Assembly: GCA_963836285.1 (NCBI GenBank)
Contig: CAWIIN010000001.1
Location: 482,080 to 546,079, forward strand
Direction of reading: 5' to 3'
From: an uncultured Acidobacteriota bacterium
Lineage (GTDB): Bacteria; Acidobacteriota; Thermoanaerobaculia; UBA5066
DNA length: 64,000 nucleotides
Part shown: one piece after another, positions 35,016-45,324 of the stretch
Position numbering within the stretch: position 1 is the stretch's first letter
How the letters are laid out: each line of letters opens with the position of its first letter
The notes under the pieces: generated by a model
What the model saw: only the letters and a program-made list of their open reading frames with translations
Told to the model about the DNA's origin: nothing
The model's database searches: none
Position numbers and translations under genes: made by a program

Positions 35016-38000
35016 AGACGACCGCCGCCAAGTTCACCGTCGCCCAGCTCGCGAAGATGATGGGCAAACCCGCGAAGGAGGTGCTCTTCCTCCTCCAGGG
35101 CATCGGCGTCGACGTCAAGACCGCCGAATCCGTCCTCGATGCCGCTACCGCAACCGCGCTTCTCGCGGGCAAGACCCAGGCGCCGAAGTCCCTCATCGTG
35201 CGGCAGGCACCGACGGCCCCTTCGGCGGCCGCCGCCGCGACCGCGGCGGCCGCGAAGGCCCGGACGGAGCGCGCGGCGCTCAAGCGCATCAAGATCGTCG
35301 AGAAGACGGCCGACACGGAACTCGCGGAGCCCACCGAGGCCGCGAGCGGGACCCCGGCCGCCGAGACCGCCACGGCCGCAACCGAGACTCCCGCCCCGAG
35401 CGCCGCAGAAGCACCCGCGGCGCCCCCCGCCGAGGCGCGCGCGGCCGAGGCGGCGACTCCCGAGCCGAAGGCGGAGACGAAGCCCGAGCCGCCCGCGGCT
35501 CCGGAGGTTGCTCACGCCCCCGCCGCGGCCCCGGCGACGTCCGTCCCGCGTCCGTCCGCCCCCCCCGCGCGCGTCGCGCGTCCTCCCCTGCCGCCGCAGC
35601 CGGCGCGTCACGCGGCTCCGCCGACACGCCCCGCCGCGCCTCCGGCACCCGCGGGCGCTCTCCAGCGCCTGCTGAAGCGCGAAGGCGGCCTGCCTCCGCG
35701 GCCGACCGGGAACCCGGCGACGCCGGTCCCGCCGCCGCAGCTGCGCGGCGACCTCATGTCGGCCTACGGCGCGAGCGCCGGTCCGAACTCACCGGGCGTC
35801 ACACACGTTCGTGCCGCCGCCCCCTCCGCTCCCGCGCAGGCCGGCGCCCCCTCGACGCCAGCCGCTCCGCTTCGGGGCGCCGGTGGTCTCGGACGCGCGG
35901 TCATCGCGCCTCCGAGCCCGTCCACGCTGCGTCCGATCCGCACCGCCACTCCGGTCATGCCGTCCGGACCCCGTCCCGGCATGCCGCCGCGCCCGTCGGG
36001 CTTTCCTCCCCGTCCGGGCTTCGCGCCCCGTCCCGGCTACGCGCCGCGGCCGGGCGGCCCCGGCGGTCCGGGATTCGGCCCCCGTCCCGGCTTCGGCCGT
36101 CCGCCGCTCGGCGGGCCCGTTGCCCCGGCGCTGCCGGACAGCGCCGACCGGCGGAAGAAGGACGCGACGAAGCCCGGCCTCGCCGCCAAGAAGGGCGACG
36201 CGAAGAAGACGGAGTCGAAGAAGCCGCGTACGAAGGAGGTCTCCGCTCTCGAGGAAGACGTGCGGGAGTACCTCGGGTCGTACAAGCAGGACACGTACGA
36301 GGACATTCCGACACCGATCACCGAAGGCTCTGACGAGGCTCTCGCGGCGGCCGCCGGAAAGCCGCTCAGCAAGTCGGCGCAGCGCCGCGCGGGCAAGAAG
36401 ACGATCGCGACGGAGACGGGCGAGGTCGTCGAGGTCAAGAAGAAGGCGTCCGGCCCCGTGTTCCTCTCCGAGGGCGTCACCGTCAAGGAGCTGTCGGAGA
36501 AGCTCGGCGTCCTCGCGAAGGACCTCATGAAGGCGCTCCTCGCGCGCGGGATCTTCGCGACGATCAACCAGACCGTCGACCCGAAGCTCGCGATCGACAT
36601 CGCCAAGGAGTTCGGGGTCGAGGCGGCCGTCGTCTCGTTCGAGGAGGAGCTCGAGCTCTCCCGCCAGCAGAACGCGATCGACCACGCCGCCGACGCGCCG
36701 GACACGAACCTCGCGGACGCGTCCGCGGGCGGCGAGCGCGTGCCCCGCGCCCCCGTCGTGACCGTCATGGGCCACGTCGACCACGGCAAGACCTCGCTTC
36801 TCGACGCGATCCGCAAGGAGAACGTCGCCGAGGGCGAGGCGGGCGGCATCACGCAGCACATCGGCGCCTACCGCGTCGAGACGAAGGGCAAGACGATCGT
36901 TTTCCTCGACACCCCGGGGCACGAGGCGTTCACGCTCATGCGCTCGCGCGGCGCGAAGGCGACGGACATCGTCGTCCTCGTCGTCGCGGCCGACGACGGC
37001 GTCATGCCCCAGACGTCCGAGGCGATCGACCACGCGCGGGCCGCGAAGGTCCCGATCGTCGTCGCGATCAACAAGATCGACAAGCCGGACGCGAACGTCC
37101 AGCGCGTCAAGCAGGAGCTCGCCGAGAAGGGCGTCCTCGTCGAGGAGTTCGGCGGCGACGTCGTCGCGTGCGAAATCTCCGCGAAGAAGAAGGTCGGGAT
37201 CGACCAGCTCCTCGAGATGATCCTCCTGCAGGCAGAGGTTCTCGAGCTCAAGGCCGTCGCGACGGGCGCCGCCCGCGGCGTCGTCCTCGAGTCGCGTCGC
37301 GAGGCCGGCAAGGGGACGCTCGCGACCGTGCTCGTCCAGCAGGGCACGCTGCACGTCGGCGACGTCTTCTTCGCCGGAGCGGCCGTCGGCCGCGTCCGCG
37401 CGATGCACGACGACCGGGGGGCGCGTCTCGCCGAGGCCGGCCCCGCGACCCCCGTCGAGGTCATGGGGTTCGAGGACCTTCCGAACGCAGGCGACACGCT
37501 CCAGGTCGTCGGCGACGAGAGCAAGGCGCGCCAGGTCTCCTCGTACCGCTCCCAGAAGGAGCGCGAGGAGTCGCTCGCGAAGTCCTCGCGGATGTCTCTC
37601 GACTCGCTCTTCAACCGCATGAAGGAGGGCGTCGCCAAGGACCTCGCGCTCATCGTGAAGGCCGACGTCCACGGCTCCGAGGAAGTCCTCGTTCAGACGC
37701 TCGGCAAGCTGCCGTCCGACAAGGTGAAGGTCTCGATCCTGCACTCGGGCGTCGGTGCGATCTCCGTGAACGACGTGCTCCTCGCGGCCGCGTCCGAGGC
37801 GATCATCATCGGCTTCAACGTGAAGCCCGAGAAGAAGGCCCAGGACCTCGCCGACCACGAGGGCGTCGAGATCCGGCTCTACTCCGTCATCTACACGCTC
37901 ACGGACGACATCAAGAAGTCCATGGCCGGCCTCCTCGACACCGTCAAGAAGGAGGTGACGCGCGGCCACGCGGAGGTGCGCGAACTCTTCAAGGTGCCGA

Positions 38001-38251
38001 AGATCGGCACGATCGCGGGCTGCATGGTCACGGACGGGACCATCCCCCGTTCCGCGGGCGTCCGCCTCGTGCGCGACCACCGGGTCATCTACGAGGGCAA
38101 GATCGGCTCGCTCCGGCGCTTCAAGGACGACGCGTCCGAGGTCAAGCAGGGCTTCGAGTGCGGCATCGGGATCGCCGGCTACCAGGACGTGAAGGTGGGC
38201 GATGTGATCGAGGCCTTCGTCGTCGAAGAGGTCGCGGCGTCGCTGACCTGA
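35012..38251 (+). CDS. infB: translation initiation factor IF-2
   Basis: A TTG at 35012 overlaps the nusA stop (TTGA); ATG at 35054 or 35057 are alternative starts. The N-terminal region is P/A-rich. The GTPase motifs are [21 protein letters not shown] and NKID. The C-terminus is conserved. Confidence 0.9.
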   Translation: MKTTAAKFTVAQLAKMMGKPAKEVLFLLQGIGVDVKTAESVLDAATATALLAGKTQAPKSLIVRQAPTAPSAAAAATAAAAKARTERAALKRIKIVEKTADTELAEPTEAASGTPAAETATAATETPAPSAAEAPAAPPAEARAAEAATPEPKAETKPEPPAAPEVAHAPAAAPATSVPRPSAPPARVARPPLPPQPARHAAPPTRPAAPPAPAGALQRLLKREGGLPPRPTGNPATPVPPPQLRGDLMSAYGASAGPNSPGVTHVRAAAPSAPAQAGAPSTPAAPLRGAGGLGRAVIAPPSPSTLRPIRTATPVMPSGPRPGMPPRPSGFPPRPGFAPRPGYAPRPGGPGGPGFGPRPGFGRPPLGGPVAPALPDSADRRKKDATKPGLAAKKGDAKKTESKKPRTKEVSALEEDVREYLGSYKQDTYEDIPTPITEGSDEALAAAAGKPLSKSAQRRAGKKTIATETGEVVEVKKKASGPVFLSEGVTVKELSEKLGVLAKDLMKALLARGIFATINQTVDPKLAIDIAKEFGVEAAVVSFEEELELSRQQNAIDHAADAPDTNLADASAGGERVPRAPVVTVMGHVDHGKTSLLDAIRKENVAEGEAGGITQHIGAYRVETKGKTIVFLDTPGHEAFTLMRSRGAKATDIVVLVVAADDGVMPQTSEAIDHARAAKVPIVVAINKIDKPDANVQRVKQELAEKGVLVEEFGGDVVACEISAKKKVGIDQLLEMILLQAEVLELKAVATGAARGVVLESRREAGKGTLATVLVQQGTLHVGDVFFAGAAVGRVRAMHDDRGARLAEAGPATPVEVMGFEDLPNAGDTLQVVGDESKARQVSSYRSQKEREESLAKSSRMSLDSLFNRMKEGVAKDLALIVKADVHGSEEVLVQTLGKLPSDKVKVSILHSGVGAISVNDVLLAAASEAIIIGFNVKPEKKAQDLADHEGVEIRLYSVIYTLTDDIKKSMAGLLDTVKKEVTRGHAEVRELFKVPKIGTIAGCMVTDGTIPRSAGVRLVRDHRVIYEGKIGSLRRFKDDASEVKQGFECGIGIAGYQDVKVGDVIEAFVVEEVAASLT

Positions 38252-38260
38252 TATCGAATA

Positions 38261-38414
38261 GCGGGGAAAGACCGGAAGAAGGGATTTCTTCGAATGAGTG
38301 GGGAGCGGTCGGACGCCGAGTGACCGCACGTTCGGGCCCGCCGCACCGGCCCCACTCAACCTTCTAAGAAATTCCGAATCCGAATTCCCTCTTCCAATCC
38401 GAAATCCGAATCAC
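38261..38414. repeat. inverted-repeat element, copy 9 (fills the infB-DUF503 spacer)
   Basis: The left arm is GGATTTCTTCGAATGAGTGGGG (38282..38303). The right arm is CCCCACTCAACCTTCTAAGAAATTC (38350..38375). A CCGAATC-rich tract runs from there to 38414. Confidence 0.85.
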
Positions 38415-38756
38415 ATGATCGTCGCCATCGCCGTCTTCGACTTCCACCTGCCGTCCTCGAGGGGGCTCAAGGAGAAGCGGGCGTTCCTGCGCCCGCTCAA
38501 GGCGCGGCTCCGCGGCGACTTCGAAATCTCGGCCGCCGAGGTCGCGCACCAGGACCTCCTCCAGCGTGCCGCTCTCGGCGTCGCCGCGGTTGGGCCGGAT
38601 CGGGAGGCGCTGGAGCCGTTGCTGCAGAAGATCCTGTCGTACGTCGAGGGATACGCCGAAGAGAACGGCGCCGAGATCGCGGCGGAACGCCACGAATTCC
38701 TCAATTACGGCGACGTCGGCGCCGCGGGAAGCGCGTTCGGAGCCAACGGAGACTGA
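38415..38756 (+). CDS. DUF503 (YlxP-like) protein
   Basis: MIVAIAVFDFHLPSSRGLKEKRAFLRPLKARLR.., the typical DUF503 N-terminus. It occupies the usual position between infB and rbfA. Confidence 0.75.
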   Translation: MIVAIAVFDFHLPSSRGLKEKRAFLRPLKARLRGDFEISAAEVAHQDLLQRAALGVAAVGPDREALEPLLQKILSYVEGYAEENGAEIAAERHEFLNYGDVGAAGSAFGANGD

Positions 38757-38757
38757 C

Positions 38758-39144
38758 ATGGTGCGGGAAAAGAAGACCGGGCCGCCGAGCCGGCGCCCGA
38801 AACAGGTCGGGGACGTCGTGCGCGCGGAGCTCGCGCGCCTCCTCCGGGAGGACCTGCGCGATCCGGCGATCGGGTTCGCGACGATCACGGACGTCGTCAT
38901 GGCGGACGACCTGCGCTCGGCGCGCATTCACGTCTCCGTCTTCGGGCCAAAGGACCAGTTCGAAAAGACGGTCGCCGCGCTCAACCACGCGCGCGGCCAC
39001 CTGCGCCCTCTCGTCGGGCGGAACTGCGGGCTCCGCTACGCCCCCGAGCTCCACTTCGTGGAGGACCACACGCTCGAACGGGGCGCGCGCATCGAGGAGC
39101 TCCTGAGGAAGCTCCCGAAGGGCGATCCGGGCGAGGCCGAATGA
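38758..39144 (+). CDS. rbfA: ribosome-binding factor A
   Basis: The protein runs from the ATG at 38758, with the motifs RRPKQVGDVVRAELARLL, ATITDVVMADDLRSARIHVS and YAPELHFVED. Confidence 0.9.
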   Translation: MVREKKTGPPSRRPKQVGDVVRAELARLLREDLRDPAIGFATITDVVMADDLRSARIHVSVFGPKDQFEKTVAALNHARGHLRPLVGRNCGLRYAPELHFVEDHTLERGARIEELLRKLPKGDPGEAE

Positions 39145-40157
39145 CGGGCCGCGACGCCGGGCTCGACGACGCCTATCGTGCCGTCACGGACCTGCTCCGG
39201 AACGGCCGGCGCTTTCTCCTCACGGGGCATCGCAACCCCGACGGCGACGCCCTCGGCTCCGCGCTCGGACTCGCGCAGGCCCTCGAAGCGGCCGGCAAGG
39301 AGGCGCGCGTCGTCATGCGAGACGCATGGTCGTCCGCCTACGACGGCATGCCCGGCATCACGCGCGTCGAGGTCCTCGACGCGCTCCCCGCCGACTGGCC
39401 CGCCGCGTACGACGCCATCCTCGTCATGGAGTGCCCGGAGTCCGAAAGAACGGGCTGGCCGAACCTGTTTGCCGGACGCGTCGTCAACGTCGACCACCAC
39501 CCGGGCAACGGTCGGTACGGCGCGCTGAACCTCGTCGACCTGCCCGCGGCCGCCGTCGGCGAGATCGTCGCCGACCTCCTCGACCTTCTCCAGTGGCCGC
39601 TCACCGCCGACGTCGCGACGAACCTCTGGGTCTCGCTCGTCTCGGACACGGGCTCGTTCCGCTACTCGAACACGACGCCGAAGGCTCTCGCTCTCGGCGC
39701 CCGTCTCGTCGCCGCGGGAGCCCGCCCGGGACCCGTCAACGAGTTCCTCTTCGAGGCGGCGCCCCTCTCCTCGCTCAGGCTCGAGGCGCTCGTCCTCGGG
39801 ACTCTCGCGCTCCACGCGGGCGGCGCCGTCGCGACGGTCGAGCTTCCCCGCCGCTTCCTCACCGAGAGCGGCTCGCGCGAATCCGACACGGAGGGTCTCG
39901 TCAACCGCGCGCGCGGCATCCACGGCGTGAAGGCCGCGCTCCTCCTGCGCGAAGGCGAGGAGGGCGAGATCCGGTGCTCGCTGAGGAGCAAGGGAACGGT
40001 GGACGTGCGGAGCGTCGCGGCCCGGCACGGCGGCGGCGGGCACCGCAACGCCGCGGGCTGCCGGATCCCGGGCTCGCTCGACTCCGCGAAGGCGGCGCTC
40101 GTCGCCGAGATCGCGGCCGCCGTCTCGGCCGATGCCGGCGCCGCGGAGGCTCCTTGA
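39141..40157 (+). CDS. DHH-family phosphoesterase (NrnA-like oligoribonuclease/pAp phosphatase)
   Basis: 338 aa with the motifs GHRNPDGDALGS, DHHPGN and GGGHRNAAG (DHHA1). An ATGA overlap joins it to rbfA. Confidence 0.8.
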   Translation: MTGRDAGLDDAYRAVTDLLRNGRRFLLTGHRNPDGDALGSALGLAQALEAAGKEARVVMRDAWSSAYDGMPGITRVEVLDALPADWPAAYDAILVMECPESERTGWPNLFAGRVVNVDHHPGNGRYGALNLVDLPAAAVGEIVADLLDLLQWPLTADVATNLWVSLVSDTGSFRYSNTTPKALALGARLVAAGARPGPVNEFLFEAAPLSSLRLEALVLGTLALHAGGAVATVELPRRFLTESGSRESDTEGLVNRARGIHGVKAALLLREGEEGEIRCSLRSKGTVDVRSVAARHGGGGHRNAAGCRIPGSLDSAKAALVAEIAAAVSADAGAAEAP

Positions 40158-41080
40158 AGGCACGGCTCGCGGGGCCCGACGGCCTTCTCCTCGTGGACAA
40201 GCCACCCCGGCTCACGTCGCACGACGTCGTAGACGTCGCCCGCCGCCTCCTCGGGACGCGCCGCGTCGGCCACACGGGGACCCTCGACCCCGCCGCGACC
40301 GGCCTGCTCGTCCTCTGCGTCGGCCGGGCGGGACGGCTGCAGTCCTTCCTGACGGGCTGGGACAAGACCTACGAGGGCACGATCGCGTTCGGCGTCGCGA
40401 CGGACACGTACGACGCCGTCGGGGAGCCGGTCGGCGAGCCGCACCCGTCGCCCGCGCCGTCGCGCGAGCGGCTCGAAGAAGCCTGCCTCGCATTCACCGG
40501 CGAGATCCTGCAGGTCCCGCCTCCGTTCTCGGCGAAGAAGATCGCCGGCCGGAGGTTCTACGAGCTCGCGCGCTCCGGCGAGCCCGTCCCGGACACGCCG
40601 AAGAAAGTCACCGTGCGGTCCCTCGAGATCCTCGGGCTCGACGGCGCCACCGCCCGCTTCCGGGTCTCGTGCACCTCCGGGACCTACATCCGCTCGCTCG
40701 CGCACGACATCGGGCGCGCGCTCGGCGTCGGCGCGCACCTCGGGGGCCTCCGCCGGACGTCGATCGGCCCGTTCCTCCTCGACGAGGCGTGCACGCTGCC
40801 CGCTCTCGAGGCCCTTGCTCCCGCGCAACGGCTCGCAAAGCCGTCCTGGCGCTCGCTTTCGGAGATCCCGCTTCCGTTCCCGGCCGTCGCGCTCGCGCCG
40901 GCCGAGGCCACGAGGGTCCGGAGCGGCCACGGCGTGCCCGTTCGCGTGCCGGAAGGGGCGGCGGGGGCGTCGATGGTGCGACTCACCGCCGACGGAGAGC
41001 TCCTCGCGCTCGGCGTCCTCGAGCCCCTCGGCCGCGGCGCCCTCGCGCTCGCGAAGCCGAAGGTCGTCCTCGCAGGATAA
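40154..41080 (+). CDS. truB: tRNA pseudouridine(55) synthase TruB
   Basis: A TTG at 40154 overlaps the upstream stop (TTGA). The motifs are GLLLVDKPPRLTSHDVV, GHTGTLDPAATGLL and the PUA-like C-terminus. Confidence 0.9.
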   Translation: MKARLAGPDGLLLVDKPPRLTSHDVVDVARRLLGTRRVGHTGTLDPAATGLLVLCVGRAGRLQSFLTGWDKTYEGTIAFGVATDTYDAVGEPVGEPHPSPAPSRERLEEACLAFTGEILQVPPPFSAKKIAGRRFYELARSGEPVPDTPKKVTVRSLEILGLDGATARFRVSCTSGTYIRSLAHDIGRALGVGAHLGGLRRTSIGPFLLDEACTLPALEALAPAQRLAKPSWRSLSEIPLPFPAVALAPAEATRVRSGHGVPVRVPEGAAGASMVRLTADGELLALGVLEPLGRGALALAKPKVVLAG

Positions 41081-41128
41081 GACGGGCTTGATCGGCGGTT
41101 GGGATCTTTCGGGTCATTCCCAGATGAC

Positions 41129-41134
41129 TATAAT
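41129..41134 (+). promoter_or_regulatory. candidate -10 box TATAAT, 6 nt upstream of the antitoxin ATG (leaderless mRNA predicted)
   Basis: A perfect TATAAT hexamer. Its spacing puts the transcription start at or next to the ATG at 41141. Confidence 0.4.
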
Positions 41135-41140
41135 GGTCTC

Positions 41141-41431
41141 ATGAGGAAAGCCTCCGTCTCGGAGCTCAAGTCGCACCTGTCGGCCCACCTCGCCCGCGTC
41201 CGGCGCGGGGAAGAAGTCCTCGTGACCGACCGAGGGCGTCCCGTCGCCCGCCTCATCGGCGTTCAAGGTACCCAGGCCCTGGGGGACGCGCTTTCGGCCC
41301 TCGCGGCCGACGGGCTCATCCGACCTCCGGAACGGGGTCTCCCCCCGGCCCTCCTCCGCCCGTCTCCTGCGCGCGATCCGAAGGGCCGTGTCCTCGCCGC
41401 GGTGCTCGAGGAGCGGCGGAGCGGCCGTTGA
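41141..41431 (+). CDS. type II antitoxin, Phd/YefM family
   Basis: MRKASVSELKSHLSAHLARVRRGEEVLVTDRGRPVARL.., the canonical Phd/YefM N-terminus. Its stop overlaps the toxin start. Confidence 0.8.
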   Translation: MRKASVSELKSHLSAHLARVRRGEEVLVTDRGRPVARLIGVQGTQALGDALSALAADGLIRPPERGLPPALLRPSPARDPKGRVLAAVLEERRSGR

Positions 41432-41862
41432 GGTTCTGGGACTCCTCTGCCCTGGTGCCGCTGCTGACGGAAGAGCGTTCGAGCGCGGCGATTCGGGCGC
41501 TGCTGCGCGAAGACCGCGCGCTCTGCATCTGGTGGGCGGCGCGAACGGAGTGTCTTTCGGGCCTCCAGCGCCGCCGCCGCGAGGGCGCGCTCGGTCTTCG
41601 CGCTTTCGACGCTGCCCGTCGCCGGCTTTTCGACCTCGAGGCCGCCGCCACGGTCGTCCAGCCTTCCGAAGCACTTCGGAACCGGGCCGATCGCCTGCTC
41701 GCCGTCCATGGCCTGCGCGCCGCCGACGCGTTCCACGTCGCAGCCGCTCTCGTCCTCGCGGGAGACCGGCCGGAGGGCCTTGCATTCGTCACGCGGGACG
41801 GGCGCCAGGGCGTCGCCGCCGCACGCGAAGGGTTTCAAGTCCTGCCGGGCGAAGAAGTTTGA
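41428..41862 (+). CDS. vapC: type II toxin, PIN-domain VapC family
   Basis: 144 aa with an MRFWDSSALVPLL.. N-terminus (PIN acidic residue). It also carries ..LRAADAFHVAAAL.. and the ..FVTRD.. motif. Confidence 0.8.
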   Translation: MRFWDSSALVPLLTEERSSAAIRALLREDRALCIWWAARTECLSGLQRRRREGALGLRAFDAARRRLFDLEAAATVVQPSEALRNRADRLLAVHGLRAADAFHVAAALVLAGDRPEGLAFVTRDGRQGVAAAREGFQVLPGEEV

Positions 41863-41864
41863 CC

Positions 41865-42023
41865 GGCGGCCACGGCGTGCCCGTGAGCGTCCCCGAGGGC
41901 GCGGCCGGCGGCGCGATGGTGCGCCTGACCGAGGGCGGCGAGCTCCTCGCGCTCGGCTTCCTCGAGCCCCTGGGCCGCGGCGCTCTCGCCCTCGCACGCC
42001 CGAAAATCGTTCTCGCGGGTTGA
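41865..42023 (+). pseudogene. displaced duplicate of the truB 3' end (52 codons plus stop, no start)
   Basis: Aligned by eye to 40922..41080 it is about 80% identical at nucleotide level. The peptide GHGVPVSVPEGAAGGAMVRLTEGGELLALGFLEPLGRGALALARPKIVLAG matches the real TruB tail at 44 of 51 residues. Confidence 0.7.
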
Positions 42024-42623
42024 ACTCCCACGCGCGTGCCGGCCGTCGCGATCAACACGCGTGAAAATATGAGACCTTCAGCCATGGGGATGTTGGCGCT
42101 CACTTCGGAGCGCGATAGAGGGAATGAACATGTCTTGCGCCGGATCGTCAGCAATCGCGCGCACTTTTGCCGCCGCGCTTGTTGTTGCGATCGAAACGTA
42201 GGCGGCCAGATGCAAAACTACGATCGCGTCCGATCGGCCAGGTCTTTCAAGAGGATCGAGTCCTCAGAGCTTCATACAGCAGGAGGGCTCCTGCAGAACC
42301 CGGGGTTGCCGTGACGACTGAGAAAGCCGGCCGTGAGGAGAGCGACCATCCAACCGAAAAGGGCCGGAAGGTCCGCCTGGATCGTGATGAACCGGAGGCC
42401 AGCGGCCCGTACGGCCGGCAAAGGCTCTCGAGTCCTTCCAGTCGAAGGGTCGCACCGCTGGGACTTCGACGAAAAAAGGACCGTGGCACCGAGGTGGAGA
42501 GGTGACCCGCAGGCCGGGACTGCGCCAAAGCCTTCCCCTTCATCACTTGCCGTCCGATTGACCGCCTTCCGCGTTCCCGGTAGACTTCGCCGGTTGAAAA
42601 ATTAGAGAAGGAAAGTAAAGACA

Positions 42624-42893
42624 TTGGCCCAGCTCACCACGAAGAAGGCGGAAACGATCACGACGTACCGGCGCCACGACAGCGACACGGGCTCGCCCGA
42701 GGTCCAGGTGGCTCTCCTCTCCAAGCGCATCTCCGAGCTGACCGAGCACTTCAAGGCGCACGCCAAGGACCACCATTCCCGGAGGGGCCTCCTCCAGATG
42801 GTCGGCCGGCGCCGCCGGCTGCTCGATTACGTGAAGAAGCGCGACGCGGACCGGTATCGCGCTCTGATCGAGCGCCTCGGACTGCGCAAGTAG
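42624..42893 (+). CDS. rpsO: 30S ribosomal protein S15
   Basis: 89 aa with a TTG start preceded by GAGAAGGAAAG. The motif [35 protein letters not shown] is present. Confidence 0.95.
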   Translation: MAQLTTKKAETITTYRRHDSDTGSPEVQVALLSKRISELTEHFKAHAKDHHSRRGLLQMVGRRRRLLDYVKKRDADRYRALIERLGLRK

Positions 42894-42927
42894 TCCTTTT
42901 CTTCATCGGCAATCGTCCGGCGGCACC

Positions 42928-42955
42928 TCCCGGCCCGCGTTCCGCGGCCCCGGGG
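42928..42955 (+). promoter_or_regulatory. interrupted GC-rich hairpin in the rpsO-pnp spacer (possible rpsO terminator or pnp leader processing site)
   Basis: Hand-folded pairs are CCCGG/CCGGG and CCGCG-ttc-CGCGG. No T-tract follows the hairpin. Confidence 0.3.
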
Positions 42956-43004
42956 AGACGTGCCTGCCGGCCGGAGAGCCGGGCCAGCGAAAGGAACGAA
43001 GCCC

Positions 43005-45247
<2,243 letters not shown>

Positions 45248-45248
<1 letters not shown>

Positions 45249-45299
45249 GGACGAAGAGAAGACGAGGAGAAGAGAAGATCTTCTTAGAAGGTAAGAGGG
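45248..45299. repeat. half element after pnp (polypurine tract plus left arm only)
   Basis: GAGGACGAAGAGAAGACGAGGAGAAGAGAAGATCTTCTTAGAAGGTAAGAGGG, followed directly by the terminator hairpin. Confidence 0.8.
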
Positions 45300-45322
45300 C
45301 CCCGGCCACGCCGGGGCCTTTT
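45298..45322 (+). terminator. intrinsic terminator after pnp (possibly bidirectional)
   Basis: The stem GGCCCCGG-ccacg-CCGGGGCC is followed by TTTT. It sits where the spacer of a half repeat element would be. Confidence 0.6.
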
Positions 45323-45324
45323 CG

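Noticed and set aside
41865-42023. A second functional truB, or a small gene encoded by the duplicated segment.
   Set aside because: Only the last 52 codons are present. There is no start codon or catalytic domain. The longer track ORF that covers it (41388..42023) is out of frame with vapC and R/P-rich upstream.
42250-42530. Possible RNase P RNA, tmRNA or SRP RNA in the non-coding region upstream of rpsO. The strings resembling known motifs are CAGAACCCGGGG, GGAAGGTCCGCC, GGCCCGTACGGCC and GGGACTTCGACG.
   Set aside because: The RNase P-like strings are in the wrong order for the P4 helix on either strand. No tmRNA tag reading frame or tRNA-like 3' end is present. The SRP domain IV motif is not matched. 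The region is kept only as an unassigned structured or non-coding region.
40922-42623. An integrase or recombinase associated with the TA insertion.
   Set aside because: No ORF with recombinase-like motifs occurs on either strand between truB and rpsO. I can only note its absence.
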